From an uncultured Steroidobacteraceae bacterium (GTDB lineage: Bacteria > Pseudomonadota > Gammaproteobacteria > Steroidobacterales > Steroidobacteraceae), in assembly GCA_964455685.1 (NCBI GenBank), contig CAYVZE010000003.1:119-64118 (forward strand): a stretch of 64,000 bases of DNA, in the 5' to 3' direction. Positions within the stretch are counted from its first letter, which is position 1; every line of letters starts with the position of its first letter. This document shows positions 47,030-56,218 of the stretch, one piece after another. The translations under genes and the position numbers were made by a program. The notes beneath the pieces are model-generated. The model did not search any database, was not told where the DNA came from, and saw only the letters and a list, made by a program, of their open reading frames with translations.

Positions 47030-48382
47030 TTACTCGACGCTCAGAGACGGCGCCTTGGGAACGCTGACCGCTGCGGACTTGCCGCCAAACTCGAACGCAC
47101 CGCGATCCCAGGTTCCATCCGAGCCACGGACGGAACCGAACGCGTCGGACATGTAGGGCGTTTCAAGCCTCTCGCCCGGCAGCGGCGCCTTGAGGCGATA
47201 GTCCTTGTCGGCGATCGACACGAAAATGTCGCAGTTCGACGAGCACACCACCTTGCTGCTGGAGTTGTCTCCGTCCTGCTGGGTGTTGTAGTACCAGTTG
47301 CTGCTGTGCACCGAAACGCCCGCAGTACCCAGGCGCGGCGAGTTGTACCAGATATTGCCGCGCGACTCGTTACCCGAGCCTGACTCGATGTGCACGCCAC
47401 CCCAGAGGCCGCGCACGTTGACCAGCGTGTTGTTGTAGAACTTTACGTTGTTCGCCGAATTGCGGTTGCTTGAGTCGTTGGCCACGTACACCACGGCTGC
47501 GACGCCGCTGCCCGATCCTGCGCGCATATTGCGGCCAGTGCGGTAAGTCGGCGTGTGCGTGATCACGTTGCCCTGGATCAGCACGCCCGACCAGGTGCCA
47601 TTGTTCAAGCCTGCCCAGACGGCGGTGCCCTCGATGTCCTCGATGACGTTGTTGACAAACGTCATGTTGGTGACATCGGTGGATGACAGCAATTCGCCAT
47701 GGATGGCATCGGTGCTGGTATTGCGCGCCAGGTAGCACGAGTTGACCACCAGGTTGCGCCAGTTGCCGCGCATCAGGAACAGCGTGCGATCAGTGTCGTG
47801 GATCGCGCAATACTCAAAGGTCATGTTGCTGTTGCCGGCGAGGCCGTAGATGGCATCGTCACCGATGCCGGTATCACGGCCATTGCCCTCTATGTCCACG
47901 TAGCGGAAGGTCACGTTGTTCGCGCCGGAGGACCCGCCGTTGTCCAGGCGCACGGCCCGTCCGCCGGAAGCCTTGATCTTGATGCCGTACTGCGACGTGG
48001 CCCCCTTCCACCAATCCGCGTTGCGGCGCTGGCCGTCGATGATGTAGTAGCCGGTGAGGACCGTGATTTCGCCGAACACCGCCTGGCCTTCGCCATAGGA
48101 GGAGTTCCAGCCCACGTCGCTGCCATGGTCCTCGCTGGTCGCCTTCTTGATGATGATCGGCGTGGTGCCGGAAACGGGATCGTCGAAGGTATAACGACCG
48201 TAGTTCCCGGACGCGAGGTAGTAGGTGTCACCGCGCTTCAGCGTGGCGGGGAGCGATCCCAGGGCATCGCTCCAGCTGGCGCCAGATCCGCTGGAGCCGG
48301 GACGGACGTGCACGTTGGCAGCCGACGCGAACAGCGGAACCAGCAGCAATGCGGTGATCAGGGCGCGAGAGGTTTTTGCCAT
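47030..48382 (-). CDS. secreted right-handed parallel beta-helix protein (candidate polysaccharide lyase/depolymerase or epimerase)
   Basis: Signal peptide MAKTSRALITALLLVPLFASA. Repeated N-rich beta-helix rungs (NNVTFRYVDIEGNG, NSNMTFEYCAIHD, TNMTFVNNVIEDI, VLIQGNVITH, NNVKFYNNTLVNV). Somewhat lower G+C than the neighbours. Confidence 0.6.
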   Translation of the reverse strand: MAKTSRALITALLLVPLFASAANVHVRPGSSGSGASWSDALGSLPATLKRGDTYYLASGNYGRYTFDDPVSGTTPIIIKKATSEDHGSDVGWNSSYGEGQAVFGEITVLTGYYIIDGQRRNADWWKGATSQYGIKIKASGGRAVRLDNGGSSGANNVTFRYVDIEGNGRDTGIGDDAIYGLAGNSNMTFEYCAIHDTDRTLFLMRGNWRNLVVNSCYLARNTSTDAIHGELLSSTDVTNMTFVNNVIEDIEGTAVWAGLNNGTWSGVLIQGNVITHTPTYRTGRNMRAGSGSGVAAVVYVANDSSNRNSANNVKFYNNTLVNVRGLWGGVHIESGSGNESRGNIWYNSPRLGTAGVSVHSSNWYYNTQQDGDNSSSKVVCSSNCDIFVSIADKDYRLKAPLPGERLETPYMSDAFGSVRGSDGTWDRGAFEFGGKSAAVSVPKAPSLSVE

Positions 48383-48604
48383 TTGAGCACTTGGGTTTGA
48401 TCTGGAGAGGTCCGGTTATACAACGGGCCCGCGCAGCGGGGAAATGTGCGCAAATGACGACAATCCCTGCAAATGCCGAATGACGCACAATTCCTGGAAA
48501 GAATCAGGGTTTTCCCGACGTTCCGGCACTGCGTCACGGCCGGCCCGCGCTATGTCATGCGGGCGCCCGGGGGGGGCGATTCCGGCCGGGCGGTAGACAT
48601 GCCT

Positions 48605-51600
48605 TCAGGGCCTTCCAGGCGCCGCCTCCGAACGCAGGAAGGCGGCAAGTGCAGTCGCCGTCGGGTGTGCGAACAGGTCGGCCACGGCGACGTCAAGCGA
48701 CAGTTCCTGCTTCATGCGAGCCACTGCCATCACCGCCTGCAGTGACGTTCCACCCAGCTGGAAAAAGTCCTCGTCCGCTTCGACGGAAGGCCGCTTGAGC
48801 ACGGCAGCGAAGACGCCGCGCAGGTCGGTCACGAGGGAATCCCCGGGGCCGCCCGCTTCAACAGCCGCCCCCGCGGCGCGTGGCAGCTGGCCCGAGGAAA
48901 TCAAGGCGACCAGGCGCTCGACCTGCGCAGCCAGCGCATCCACGCGCGCGTGCAGAGACTGCATGTCCGCAGGGGCCTCGACAGCGGGCCGAGGCACCGC
49001 CGGCGGGGCAACCACCGCCTTCGGTTCCGCCGTCTGCCGCGTGGCGCCGGCCGGCCGCCAGTCCGGCGCAAGGCGTTCGTCCAGCCACGCAGCCAGCGCC
49101 GACGGCGTAGGTACATCACCGGCAAGCATCAGGAAGCTCACCTGCTGCTGGAACTCCTCCCGCAGCGCACGACTGATGCGCGTGAGGAACAGCGAGTCGA
49201 AGCCAAGCTCGGGGAAAGACCTGTCGGCGGGCAGCTCCGCTGCCGACATGCCTGACAAGTCCGCCAGTACTGCAAGGATGCGCTCGAGGATGAGATCGCG
49301 CCGGTTGCCGCCCGCAGGTAACTCAGCAGGTGCGGGAACGGACGACACCTGCTGCTGCACGACTACCGGAAGGTCGGCAGGCGCGGCTGCAGGCAGCGGG
49401 ATGACGTTCGACCCACGCTGCGAAGATGCCTGCGAGGCGTCGACGAAGCAGCGACGCCGCTCAAACGGATAGGTCGGCAGCGCCACAATGCGCCGCGCGA
49501 AGCCGGCATGGAACTGCCTCCAGTCAGGCTTCACGCCTGCCACCCACAACTGTCCCATGCCATCGAGCACGGCTTCCAGCTCGGGGCGCTGACGCGCCAG
49601 CGCGCCAAGCGTGGGCACGGCCGCAACGAGGTTGTTCTTCGCAGGGTGCTGGCGTGCAAGCTGCGTCAGAACCTGCCCCGGCCCCACCTCCAGGCACACC
49701 ATGCGGCCTTTGCCAAGCAGGGTGTGGAAGGCATTCTCGAGCTGGACGGGCTTGCGCACCTGCTGCGGCCAGTAGGCGGGGTCCGTGGCCTCGGCTGAGG
49801 TCATCCAGTCACCGGTGCAGGTGGAAACCCACGGCAGCTGCGGCGCCGTGCGCTCGACGGACTGGGCAGTGCGCAGGAACTCGTCGAGCATCGGCTCCAT
49901 CATCGAGGAATGGAACGCATGCGAGGTGCGCAGCAGCTTCGTGTCGACACCTTCCGCCTCAAGCCTTGACTGGAAATCCTTCACCAGCGGCGTCGGTCCT
50001 GACACGATGCATTGCTGGCTGCCATTGAACGCAGCAATGTCCAGGCCGCCAGGCAGGCGATCCTGCAGCTGTCCGGGTGCCATGCGCACTGCCATCATCG
50101 ATCCGGCGGGAAGAGCCTGCATCAGCGTGGCGCGGCGGGCAAGCAGCCGCAGCGCATCTTCCAGCGTGAAGGTCCCGGCCAGCACGGCACACACGTACTC
50201 GCCGATGCTGTGACCGAGCAGCGTCGCAGGCTTGATGCCCCAGGACATCCACAGTCGCGCCAGTGCGTACTCGGTAACGAAGATGGCAGGCTGCGCGTAC
50301 CCGGTCTGGTCTATCTCTGTCGCGATCGCGCTGTCCGCAGGGACGTCCGCGTACAGCACCTCGCGGATGTCACGCCCCAGATGCCCCAGCAGGATGCCGG
50401 CGCACTCATCGACGACCTGGCGGTACACCGGTTCGGACGCATAAAGCTGGCGCCCCATGCCGGTGTACTGGGCTCCCTGGCCGGGGAAGATGAATGCCAC
50501 GCCCGATGCAGCCTCGGCGGGGGCCGTGGTTGCACTGCGCTCCCTCAGCCGGGTCACCGCTGCGCGCACGTCGGACGCTACCACGTATCGCCTGCACGGG
50601 AAGGCCTTCCGGCCGCGCTGCAGGGTGAACGCCACGTCAGCCAGCGGCGGGGCGCCCAGGGCTGCCTTCGCCTCAAGCCAGTCCGCCAGGTTGTGCGACA
50701 TCCGCTCCAGAGCCTCTGGTGTGCGTGCCGACAGTACCAGCAGCTCGCTGCCGCGGGATGCCGTATCGCAAGCCTGCTCGGGCGGCTCCTCCAGGACCAG
50801 GTGCACGTTGGTGCCGCCCACGCCCAGCGAATTGACGGCCGCCCGGCGCGGCGATTCACCACGCCCCCAGGCAACGAGCTTCGACACGACGCGGAACGGC
50901 GAACTGGCGAAGTTGATGGCCGGGTTCGGCTTGTTGAAGTGGGCTGTCGGGGGGATCTGCTTCCGCGACAAGGCCAACGCGGTCTTGATCAGTGACGCCA
51001 CGCCGGCGGCCGCTTCCAGGTGACCCACATTGCCCTTCAGCGAACCGATCCAGCAGTAGCCGGTGGCATTGGTGTAGCGGCGGTAAGCCTGGGTGAAGGC
51101 TGCGATCTCGATCGGGTCACCAAGTCGGGTAGCCGTGCCATGCGCTTCGACGTAACTGATCGTTTCCGGTGGGAACCCTGACATCTCCAGCGCGCGCTGG
51201 ATCGCATCTGCCTGCCCGGACACGCTGGGAGCGGTGAATCCGGCCTTGTCGTCGCCGTCATTGTTGATGCCGATACCATGAATGACGGCCAGGATGTTGT
51301 CGCCGTCACGCTGGGCATCGGAAAGCCGCTTGAGCATCACCACGCCGGCGCCACTGCTGAACACGGTTCCGGTGGCATCGGCGTCGAACGGCCTGCAGTA
51401 GCCGTCCGACGAGGTCATTGCATACTGCTGGGCCACGTAGTCGCGCTTCTGCGGGAACGTGATCGAGACGCCGCCGGCCAGCGCCATGTCGCACTCTCCC
51501 CGCTGCAGGCTGGCACAAGCCTGGGCCACCGCAGCCAGCGAGGTGGAACAGGCGGTCTGTACGGTCACCGCCGGGCCGCGCAGGCCGAACTTGTGCGCGA

Positions 51601-54600
51601 CGCGCGTGGTCAGGTAATCCTTGTCGTTGCCCAGGACCACCGGCCAGCCATCGAACTGGTACTGCGCCGCGATGGCCGCTGCGCCACCCGGACTGGCAGC
51701 CAGGTGGTAAAGAAGGTAGGTGTTGAAGCTGCTGCCGCCAAAGACGCCTATGGCTTGCGGGCAGCTCTCGGGATCATAGCCGGAGGACTCCAGCGCCTCC
51801 CAGGCGCATTCGAGGAACACGCGCGCCTGGGGATCCATCACGCTGGCTTCGGCAGGAGTGAACCCGAAGAAGGCCGGGTCGAACTGGTCCACGCCTTCCA
51901 GGATGCCGCGCGCGCGCACCAGTCCCTGCTGGTCGGGCAACGGGCACTCGCTCTCCTCCCGCGTGAAGCGGGTGATGGTGTCACGGCCGCTGACGAGGTT
52001 GTCCCAGAACTCCTCGACGCTGGTGGCGCCAGGGAACCTGCCAGCCGCACCGATGATCGCGATCGGCTCGAAGCCGGCAGCCTGCCTGCGCTCAAGCACC
52101 GCGGGCTCCCGAGCCTGCGACTGCACACGATCCGCGTCGGAGGACAGGTGACGGGCCAGGGTACGGATGGTGCTGTGCTGGAAGAAATCGGTGATATGGG
52201 GTTCCTTGCCGATCACCTCCAGCAGCTTCTGCTGCATTTCCACCAGTTGCAGCGAGTTGGCGCCGATGTCGAAGAAGCGATCGTCGATACCGACCCGGTC
52301 GATCTGCAGGATCTCGCACCACAGCCGCTCCATGGTGCGCTCCAGCTCCGTACCAGGAGCCTCGTAGGGCTGCGGCAGGTCCGGTCGCTTGCGGATCGGC
52401 GCCGGGAGAGCCTTGCGATCGACCTTGCCGTTCGGCGTCAGCGGCAGTTCGTCCAGTACCATGAACGCCGCCGGGATCATGTAGTCAGGGAGGCTCTTCG
52501 CCGCAAGGGCCTTGAGTTCCGGCACCAGATCGCGCACCGCAACAGAACGCAGAGGGTTGTTCACAAGCGCCTTCAGGTCGCGCCCGTGCCGGGCCTGGCT
52601 GCCGCTGCCCGACCACGCCAGCGGCGCACCGCCCCCCTTTCGTTCGAACAGCACGTCGAAGTAGCCGGGCTCTTCGCTCCAGTCGACGCGAACTTCGCAA
52701 CCCACCTTTTCGGCCAGATCCCAGAAAGCGTCCGGTTCCAGCCCGCCTGCTGCCGCTTCCTGCTGCAGCTCGCGCAACGATCGAAGATCCTGGGCACTCC
52801 CCTTCGTCAACGCGGCCGCGACCGCGAGGTCGCCAAGCAGCCTTGCATTAGGCACGTCCCGGACACAGAACGCGGCCGGCTGCTCAGAAAGGATCGCCTG
52901 GACCTGGTCGAGGTCCAGACCGTCGCGTTTCCAGTTCCGCTCGACCAGCCCGGCCGGCGGTGTGGCCTCAGTCCCGACATGCAGGACCGCGTCGTACCGG
53001 TAGCATGTCAGCTCGTTATGGCAGGGACTGCGTTTGAGCTGGACAGACGCGCCCGTGATCCGACCGATATGGGCCGGCAGGAGGTGGAAGAACGCCGGAT
53101 CGACCAGCAGTTCCTCTTCCTCCTTGCAATTGCGTTCCACCTGCGCGCGCAGGTCAGCGACGGACATCGATTCCGGTGCCTGGAACAATCCGACGGAAGC
53201 ATGGAAAGATTCCAGCAGGCCGTGGTGGCGCACGTCGCCGACGAAGATCTTCCCGCCATCGGTGATGAGCCGTGCCGCGCGCTCCAGCACCGTCCGCAGG
53301 TAGTCAACGCCGGTGAAGTACTGGATGACCGAGTTGATGATGACCGTGTCGAAGCTCCCCTCCGGCAGGTCAAGGAGGTCATCCGCGGTCTTCTTCAGCA
53401 GCTCGACATTCGACCAGTCGCCGGGAAGCCGGGCAAGCCGCTGCCGGAGCTGGTCGATGGCGACACCAGAGAAATCCAGGCCCACATAGTGCTCGCACAC
53501 CGGCGCTACCCGCGTGACGATCAGGCCGGTGCCACAGCCGATCTCCAGCACGCGCCGCGGCTTGAGCGCCTTGATCCGCCCAACGATGGAGTCCAGCCAG
53601 TCGCGCATCTCCTGGCGCGGCAGGGGCTCGCGCGTGTAACTGCTGATCCAGACAGTGAAGTCCTCGTCAGGCAGCTGTTCGGCTCGGGTGTAGTGGGCGT
53701 ACAGCTCGTCGTGGATGCGCTGCCAGTCCTTGACCTGCTCTTCGCCGTCGTGCGCGTCGCCAGCATCCTCTCCGCCAGATTTCGGGACCACGTACGCAGC
53801 CAGGTACTTCACGCCCGGCACGTCCTCCCTGGCCGTGACCACGGCCTGCGCGACACCCGGGTGGCCGGCCAGGACAGTTTCGATTTCTCCCAGTTCGATG
53901 CGATAGCCGCGCACCTTCACCTGATGGTCGATGCGACCGAGGCACTCCAGCGTGTTGTCGGCGTGGATGCGCGCCAGGTCACCGGTCCGGTACAACCGGC
54001 CATCCCCGAACGGATTTGGGATGAACTTCTCAGCGGTCAGCTCGGGCCTGTTGAGGTAACCACGCGCCAGGCCGTCGCCGCCAATCAGCAGCTCGCCGAC
54101 CTCTCCCGCCGGCAACAGGTCCATCGTCTCGCTGACGATGTAGACCTGCGTATTGGCAATGGGTCGGCCGATGCTCATGAAGGACGCACCCTCGGTCACC
54201 TTGCCGCACGTGGACCAGATCGTCGCCTCCGTGGGCCCGTACATGTTCCAGAGCTCATGGCACCGCGGCAGAAGCTGCGCGGCGAGGTCCTTCTGCAGCG
54301 GTTCGCCGCCGCACAGGATCCGCAGCCGAGGATGCCCCTTCCAGCCGGCCGCCAGCAGCAGCCGCCATGAGGAAGGCGTCGCCTGCATCATCGTGGCGCC
54401 ATGGTAGTCGAGGAGGCGGATGAGTTCCTTGCCGTCGATGGCGGCCTGGCGCGGGACGATGACGACCCTTGCGCCAGTCACCAAGGGCAGGAAGATCTCC
54501 AGCGCCGCGATGTCGAACGACAAGGTCGTGACGGCCAGCAGTACGTCACCTTCGCCAATTCCCGGCTCACGCTGCATCGACTGCAGGAAGTTGACCAGCG

Positions 54601-55174
54601 CATGATGGGGAATCTGCACGCCCTTCGGCCGTCCGGTCGAGCCGGAGGTGAAGATCACGTACGCCAGGTCCTGAGGCCCGACATCCATGGGCTGCTGCAA
54701 CGGGGCGTACCGGGCCGTCTCGCCGTCATCGACGCACACCACGGCAGCCTGGTGCGGCGGCAGGCTTCCCAGCAGGCTCTTCTGGGCGACCATCACGGGC
54801 ATGCCCGCGTCCTCGATCATCCACGCCAGGCGCTCAGTTGGGAATGCCGGGTCCATGGGCACGTAGGCCCCGCCGCACTTGAGCACGGCGAACATGGCCG
54901 CCACCATGTCGCAGGAGCGCTCCACGAAAATGCCCACGAGAGAGCCGCGCTGCACCCCGGCCTCGCGCAACCTGGCGGCAAGCCGGGAAGCGCGCTCCTC
55001 GAGCCCGGCGTAGGTCAGGGATTCATCGCCGCATACCAAGGCCACTGACGCGGGATTCCGCGCCGCCTGCGAGGCGAACAGTTCGTGGACAAACCGGGCG
55101 GGGACTGGATCGGCGGGGCCTTCCAGCACGCTCAATTCCGGTGCAGGGATGCTTTCCGAGGATCCGCTCTTCAC
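48605..55174 (-). CDS. hybrid NRPS-PKS: A(interrupted by methyltransferase)-T-KS-AT-ACP-T, 2189 aa
   Basis: GTG 55174. A domain about 53780..55102 (LTYAGLEE, FTSGSTGRPKG, NMYGPTE, GELLIGGDGLARGY, YRTGDL, VKVRGYRIELGEIE) with A10 PNGKVDRKAL after the insert. SAM methyltransferase about 52565..53737 (VLEIGCGTG). T1 about 52145..52357 (DIGANS). KS about 50780..52072 (TACSTS with the Cys codon at 51548..51550, EAHGTAT, GNVGHLE). AT about 49535..50503 (GQGAQY, GHSIGE with the Ser codon at 50207..50209, HAFH). ACP about 49079..49303 (LGFDS). T2 about 48629..48841 (LGGTS). Confidence 0.9.
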   Translation of the reverse strand: MKSGSSESIPAPELSVLEGPADPVPARFVHELFASQAARNPASVALVCGDESLTYAGLEERASRLAARLREAGVQRGSLVGIFVERSCDMVAAMFAVLKCGGAYVPMDPAFPTERLAWMIEDAGMPVMVAQKSLLGSLPPHQAAVVCVDDGETARYAPLQQPMDVGPQDLAYVIFTSGSTGRPKGVQIPHHALVNFLQSMQREPGIGEGDVLLAVTTLSFDIAALEIFLPLVTGARVVIVPRQAAIDGKELIRLLDYHGATMMQATPSSWRLLLAAGWKGHPRLRILCGGEPLQKDLAAQLLPRCHELWNMYGPTEATIWSTCGKVTEGASFMSIGRPIANTQVYIVSETMDLLPAGEVGELLIGGDGLARGYLNRPELTAEKFIPNPFGDGRLYRTGDLARIHADNTLECLGRIDHQVKVRGYRIELGEIETVLAGHPGVAQAVVTAREDVPGVKYLAAYVVPKSGGEDAGDAHDGEEQVKDWQRIHDELYAHYTRAEQLPDEDFTVWISSYTREPLPRQEMRDWLDSIVGRIKALKPRRVLEIGCGTGLIVTRVAPVCEHYVGLDFSGVAIDQLRQRLARLPGDWSNVELLKKTADDLLDLPEGSFDTVIINSVIQYFTGVDYLRTVLERAARLITDGGKIFVGDVRHHGLLESFHASVGLFQAPESMSVADLRAQVERNCKEEEELLVDPAFFHLLPAHIGRITGASVQLKRSPCHNELTCYRYDAVLHVGTEATPPAGLVERNWKRDGLDLDQVQAILSEQPAAFCVRDVPNARLLGDLAVAAALTKGSAQDLRSLRELQQEAAAGGLEPDAFWDLAEKVGCEVRVDWSEEPGYFDVLFERKGGGAPLAWSGSGSQARHGRDLKALVNNPLRSVAVRDLVPELKALAAKSLPDYMIPAAFMVLDELPLTPNGKVDRKALPAPIRKRPDLPQPYEAPGTELERTMERLWCEILQIDRVGIDDRFFDIGANSLQLVEMQQKLLEVIGKEPHITDFFQHSTIRTLARHLSSDADRVQSQAREPAVLERRQAAGFEPIAIIGAAGRFPGATSVEEFWDNLVSGRDTITRFTREESECPLPDQQGLVRARGILEGVDQFDPAFFGFTPAEASVMDPQARVFLECAWEALESSGYDPESCPQAIGVFGGSSFNTYLLYHLAASPGGAAAIAAQYQFDGWPVVLGNDKDYLTTRVAHKFGLRGPAVTVQTACSTSLAAVAQACASLQRGECDMALAGGVSITFPQKRDYVAQQYAMTSSDGYCRPFDADATGTVFSSGAGVVMLKRLSDAQRDGDNILAVIHGIGINNDGDDKAGFTAPSVSGQADAIQRALEMSGFPPETISYVEAHGTATRLGDPIEIAAFTQAYRRYTNATGYCWIGSLKGNVGHLEAAAGVASLIKTALALSRKQIPPTAHFNKPNPAINFASSPFRVVSKLVAWGRGESPRRAAVNSLGVGGTNVHLVLEEPPEQACDTASRGSELLVLSARTPEALERMSHNLADWLEAKAALGAPPLADVAFTLQRGRKAFPCRRYVVASDVRAAVTRLRERSATTAPAEAASGVAFIFPGQGAQYTGMGRQLYASEPVYRQVVDECAGILLGHLGRDIREVLYADVPADSAIATEIDQTGYAQPAIFVTEYALARLWMSWGIKPATLLGHSIGEYVCAVLAGTFTLEDALRLLARRATLMQALPAGSMMAVRMAPGQLQDRLPGGLDIAAFNGSQQCIVSGPTPLVKDFQSRLEAEGVDTKLLRTSHAFHSSMMEPMLDEFLRTAQSVERTAPQLPWVSTCTGDWMTSAEATDPAYWPQQVRKPVQLENAFHTLLGKGRMVCLEVGPGQVLTQLARQHPAKNNLVAAVPTLGALARQRPELEAVLDGMGQLWVAGVKPDWRQFHAGFARRIVALPTYPFERRRCFVDASQASSQRGSNVIPLPAAAPADLPVVVQQQVSSVPAPAELPAGGNRRDLILERILAVLADLSGMSAAELPADRSFPELGFDSLFLTRISRALREEFQQQVSFLMLAGDVPTPSALAAWLDERLAPDWRPAGATRQTAEPKAVVAPPAVPRPAVEAPADMQSLHARVDALAAQVERLVALISSGQLPRAAGAAVEAGGPGDSLVTDLRGVFAAVLKRPSVEADEDFFQLGGTSLQAVMAVARMKQELSLDVAVADLFAHPTATALAAFLRSEAAPGRP

Positions 55175-55213
55175 TTCAATGACTCCAGATCGATGCCCCT
55201 GCAGGAACGTCCC

Positions 55214-55864
55214 TCATGCCGGCCCGGAGACCTTGCCGTAGGGCATGGCAGGATTGCCGAACACCTTGGTGGCCGGCGGGACTTCCTCAAGCACCACGCT
55301 GCCGGCCCCCACGAAAACGCGCTCATGGATGGTGATTCTAGGCACGACAACGGCCCCCAGGCCGAGGAAGACACTGTCCCCGATGGTCACATTGCCCCCC
55401 AGGGAGATGTGCGCGGTCAGCTGGCAGAACGCACCGATCCTGACGTCGTGGCTGACCTCCGTGTAGGTGCCGATCGACGTGTATTCACCGATCGAGGCCT
55501 CCGGCCCCACTGTGACGAAGGGTCCGATGGTTACGCCGGCCGCCAGCGTTGCGCGGCGCGACACCAGCGCCCTGGGGTGGACCAGCGTCGTGAATTGCGC
55601 TCCGCGGGCACGCAGCATCTCCACGTACCGGCGCCGCGGCTCGATGTCGCCGATGGAGCAGAAGAAACGGTCGTTCGGCCGGGGTTCGTAGGTCTCGGCC
55701 GGCCCCAGGATGGGCTCCTCGTAGCCGAACTGCTTCAGGATGCCGGGACGATCGTCCAGGAAACCCTTCACCCGCCAGGGCGCGCCATCCTCGATGGCGT
55801 CATACACCCACCCCAGCAGCTCCCGACCGAACTTTCCTGCACTGATGATTACCAGATCGTACAT
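55214..55864 (-). CDS. NeuD/PglD-family sugar acyltransferase (N-terminal Rossmann-like domain plus hexapeptide beta-helix)
   Basis: MYDLVIISAGKFGREL, FFCSIGDIEPRRRY, TLVHPRALVS, then hexapeptide repeats (IGEYTSIGTYTEV, IGAFCQLTAHISLGGNVTIGDSVFLGLGAVV). Lies 39 nt upstream of the NRPS-PKS on the same strand. Confidence 0.7.
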   Translation of the reverse strand: MYDLVIISAGKFGRELLGWVYDAIEDGAPWRVKGFLDDRPGILKQFGYEEPILGPAETYEPRPNDRFFCSIGDIEPRRRYVEMLRARGAQFTTLVHPRALVSRRATLAAGVTIGPFVTVGPEASIGEYTSIGTYTEVSHDVRIGAFCQLTAHISLGGNVTIGDSVFLGLGAVVVPRITIHERVFVGAGSVVLEEVPPATKVFGNPAMPYGKVSGPA

Positions 55865-56218
55865 GGCAGCCTGTTCTGACTTCCGCGCCTTCCGTGGTTA
55901 TGGCGAGACGGTGATACCAAGGCTCAGCGCGGCTGGATCATCACCCGCCGAGGTTCCGCCCCGGGCAATTCGCAGAGCGGATAGCGGCTGCGGCGCCGGG
56001 ACCGGGCCAAATGGAAAGCCATTATAGGGCGGACCAGCAATGGGCAGGCCAGAAGGCGCGTGCGGCATTTCACAGATTGTGGCATCGCCAGGCCTCCCCG
56101 AATGCCCGCGGAATGCCGATCTTGTGAGCCGTGCCGGTTGATTCCCCGGGGAATTGTTCATAATGCCGGCGGCCCTGCGGTGCAGGGTACCGCGGTTCGC
56201 CGAAACTAGGGAGGTTCG

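Noticed and set aside
51278-54370. 1030-aa plus-strand ORF, plus several 100-300-aa ORFs in 48.7-55.9 kb.
   Set aside because: They are antisense to or out of frame with the NRPS-PKS, whose frame carries every catalytic motif.
53780-55102. Assigning the amino-acid specificity of the NRPS A domain (the FDIAAL stretch begins D-I-L like the glycine code).
   Set aside because: The remaining specificity positions, read by eye (..ILCGGE.., ..TEATIWS..), do not complete any code I can recall. A by-eye alignment is unreliable, so no substrate is claimed.
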